Source: a virus
Lineage: Duplodnaviria > Caudoviricetes
Length of the DNA stretch: 25,585 nt
Virus record (IMG/VR): IMGVR_UViG_3300010362_000099
Span: 1 to 25,585 of that record
Strand: one strand, 5' to 3'
In this document: positions 24,114 through 25,585 of the stretch, in pieces
Numbering within the stretch: position 1 is the first letter of the stretch
Layout: each line of letters opens with the position of its first letter
Notes under the pieces: generated by a model
Seen by the model: the letters and a program-made list of their open reading frames with translations, nothing else
What the model was told of the DNA's origin: nothing
The model's database searches: none
Program-made: the position numbers and the translations under genes

Positions 24114-25128
24114 TGACGAAGTAATCCAGCGGGCCCAGAGCGGGCCGGTAACGATCCGCCAGGATCTCGTGGAGGAAGTCACCATCGGCAACGATGCCAC
24201 GATCGCCGCGGGGGCCGCCAACGCCAAGGCGGAAATCGAAGCGCGCATTATCGCGGCGCGCCGCTGGCGGCGGGACGTCGATGTCTTTCGCGAGGGCCTG
24301 CTCAAGGATTGCCGGCGGCCGCTATTTGCCGAGAAAGCGCTCTATCACAAACCCGTGGGCCGGAAGAAGAATCCCGAAACCGGGGAATGGGAAGAGGCCT
24401 TCGCCACGAATTTCTCCATCCGGTTCATCGAGGACGCACTGCAGCACTTTACGAACTGGTATGTCATCAGCCGGGTAATCGCCGACGACGCGCGGCAAAC
24501 CAAGATCTTTGTGGCCGTGTTGGATGTGGAGCGCAACACGGGCTACGGGACCGAGCAGGTGATTGAGAAGGTCATCGAGCGCAAGGAAGCGAAGAAGGGC
24601 CGCAAGGTCGTAGGCCAGCGGGAAAACTCATACGGCGATATGGTGCTGCTGCTGGAGGCGACCAAGGATGAAATGCGCAACCTCATCGGCGCCGAACGAT
24701 CCAAACTGATCCGCGACCAGGGCCAGCGGCTGTTGCCCAGCGACGTGCTGGAAGAAGCGCGTATGCTCATCGATCGCACCGTGGTCGACGAAACTGCCAA
24801 GGATCCGGACGCGGCGAAAAAGAAGGTACTGGATCGTTTCGCCGGCCTGGGAATCTCCGCTTCGATGCTTAAGGAGTATTTGGGGAAGCCGCTCGAAACC
24901 CTCACGACGAAGGATCTGGCGGATCTGGCTCCCATCCACAACGGCCTGAAAGAGGGCGATTTCACATGGCCGGACCTCATGCGGATGAAAGAGGAACCCG
25001 CCGAAGGGGAAGCGCCAGCGCCCGGAGCCCCGCCAGCAACAGCGGGCAAGCGGCCGCCGCTGCGTGATCGCGTCATGCAACAGCCGTCGTTCCTGCCGCC
25101 TGAAAAACCCGAGAAGCCCAAGGAGTAA
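24106..25128 (+). CDS. Conserved-looking phage protein, candidate single-strand annealing recombinase (340 aa)
   Basis: SD AAGGAG, GTG start; AEIEARIIAARRWRRD...C.R..FAEKALY.KP.G...SIRF.E...DVERN; same operon as YqaJ; Pro-rich tail; function inferred. Confidence 0.6.
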   Translation: MPNDEVIQRAQSGPVTIRQDLVEEVTIGNDATIAAGAANAKAEIEARIIAARRWRRDVDVFREGLLKDCRRPLFAEKALYHKPVGRKKNPETGEWEEAFATNFSIRFIEDALQHFTNWYVISRVIADDARQTKIFVAVLDVERNTGYGTEQVIEKVIERKEAKKGRKVVGQRENSYGDMVLLLEATKDEMRNLIGAERSKLIRDQGQRLLPSDVLEEARMLIDRTVVDETAKDPDAAKKKVLDRFAGLGISASMLKEYLGKPLETLTTKDLADLAPIHNGLKEGDFTWPDLMRMKEEPAEGEAPAPGAPPATAGKRPPLRDRVMQQPSFLPPEKPEKPKE

Positions 25129-25131
25129 TTG

Positions 25132-25542
25132 ATGTTCGTTCGCAATGCCACGTGGCAGAAGATCCGGGATGAGTTTACCGAACAGGAGAAGGAAGCGCTG
25201 CGCGCGGCCGAGCGCGGGCAAATCCTCTGTCCGCCTGGTGTGACGGTGAATCCTGATCTCCTCGATAGGAAGCTGGCCGCGAAGCTCGCGACCTTGCTGG
25301 CGAATACGGAGGCTGCGGAGCGGCGCGCCGAGGGATTCCGGCGCAGTCCAGCGCGCTACTTCTCGCGGCGTATCGAATCCCGCAAGGCCGAAACCGACGG
25401 GACCGAGAGCGTCATTCTGCAATGCGGCCACATGATCATCCGCGTCATTCCCGATCCGAACGCGAACCATATGGATTGCCCGGAATGCGTCAACGAGTTT
25501 GTACATCGGGCGAAGACTACGAAGCAGAGGAGCCTTGCATAG
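25132..25542 (+). CDS. Hypothetical protein with C-terminal Zn ribbon
   Basis: SD AAGGAG; LQCGH...DCPEC. Confidence 0.7.
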   Translation: MFVRNATWQKIRDEFTEQEKEALRAAERGQILCPPGVTVNPDLLDRKLAAKLATLLANTEAAERRAEGFRRSPARYFSRRIESRKAETDGTESVILQCGHMIIRVIPDPNANHMDCPECVNEFVHRAKTTKQRSLA

Positions 25543-25585
25543 ATGGAAACCGACCGCGTGCTTGTCGCCATACGCAAGAGGGATA
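25543..25585 (+). CDS. Start of next early gene (METDRVLVAIRKRD...), truncated by the window edge
   Basis: ATG directly after TAG with GAGGAG upstream. Confidence 0.55.
   Translation, partial: METDRVLVAIRKRD

Larger units (their letters stand above)
1..25585 (+). mobile_element. Tailed phage/prophage segment (siphovirus-type, lambda-like head): head-neck-tail-fibre late operon, regulatory switch and early recombination operon; extends beyond both window edges
   Basis: Continuous, tightly packed + strand genes in canonical lambdoid order; no sheath gene; no host housekeeping genes in the window. Confidence 0.97.

Overview
The whole window is a segment of a GC-rich, long-tailed (siphovirus-type) phage or prophage. 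From 1 to 20637 it holds a lambda-like late operon. The head genes are the S49 protease tail with a nested Nu3-like scaffold, a decoration protein, a gpE-type major capsid protein and neck genes. The tail genes are the tube, a G/GT chaperone pair with a -1 frameshift, a tape measure protein, a distal-tail protein, a fused Dit/gpL/gpJ-like tip protein, an Asp-box propeller, an adaptor and a 1340-aa collagen-like modular fibre ending in an S74 chaperone. An antisense lower-GC moron encoding a predicted exported protein sits right after the tape measure gene. A divergent switch (XRE-HTH leftward, ribbon-helix-helix rightward, near-consensus sigma70 promoter, 17-bp palindrome) then opens an early operon. 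That operon contains a YqaJ exonuclease, a mosaic HxxRGHF-motif protein reminiscent of AcrVA2/FinQ, several small Zn-finger proteins and a candidate non-canonical annealing recombinase. I see no CRISPR array, RNA gene, integrase, lysis gene or reverse transcriptase. All family calls come from motif recognition by eye, not from database searches. The best candidates for new biology are the AcrVA2/FinQ-like mosaic gene, the anchor-flanked cassette architecture of the fibre (one module of which is also found in the tail-tip protein), and the putative new SSAP.
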